From positions 1 through 7,928 of the forward strand of contig NW_021828407.1 in NCBI RefSeq assembly GCF_006345805.1: a DNA stretch of 7,928 nucleotides, written 5' to 3'. Of the stretch, positions 7,799-7,928 are shown in pieces. The DNA is from Octopus sinensis (lineage: Eukaryota). The notes below the pieces were generated by a model. That model searched no databases. It worked only from the letters and a program-made list of their open reading frames with translations, and was not told the origin of the DNA. The first letter of the stretch is position 1; each line of letters opens with the position of its first letter. The position numbers and the translations under genes were made by a program.

Positions 7799-7928
7799 TG
7801 TTCTGTCTGTCCTTGTGCTGTCCCCTCTGTGTGCTTGAATAAGGAATTAGTACGATCAGAAGACGGATAAATCTGACCTCGGTGGAATTTTGAAGACAGA
7901 GGGCAAAGAAATCGAAGAGATACCAAAG

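Noticed and set aside
7741-7926. 61-aa minus-strand ORF
   Set aside because: Short, with no recognisable motif.

Overview
AT-rich, microsatellite-dense eukaryotic non-coding DNA (intron or intergenic). From recalled repeat families, not a search, it looks like an octopus/cephalopod genome. No intact protein-coding gene is supported; the listed ORFs are mostly trinucleotide-repeat artefacts. The window is a mosaic of mobile elements: two copies of a ~225-bp mariner-derived MITE that retain the last transposase codons, a hairpin-rich RTE-LINE 5'UTR-like segment, SINE fragments, a ~550-bp unclassified element embedded in (ATT)n, a Helentron-type non-autonomous element, a full tRNA/CORE SINE and the 3' end of an R4/Dong LINE. 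It also holds an unexplained ungapped ~120-bp direct repeat anchored on two (CTT)n arrays, two microsatellite-built palindromes and a candidate splice acceptor near the right end. I see no convincing novel gene system; the best leads are the unclassified repeats.
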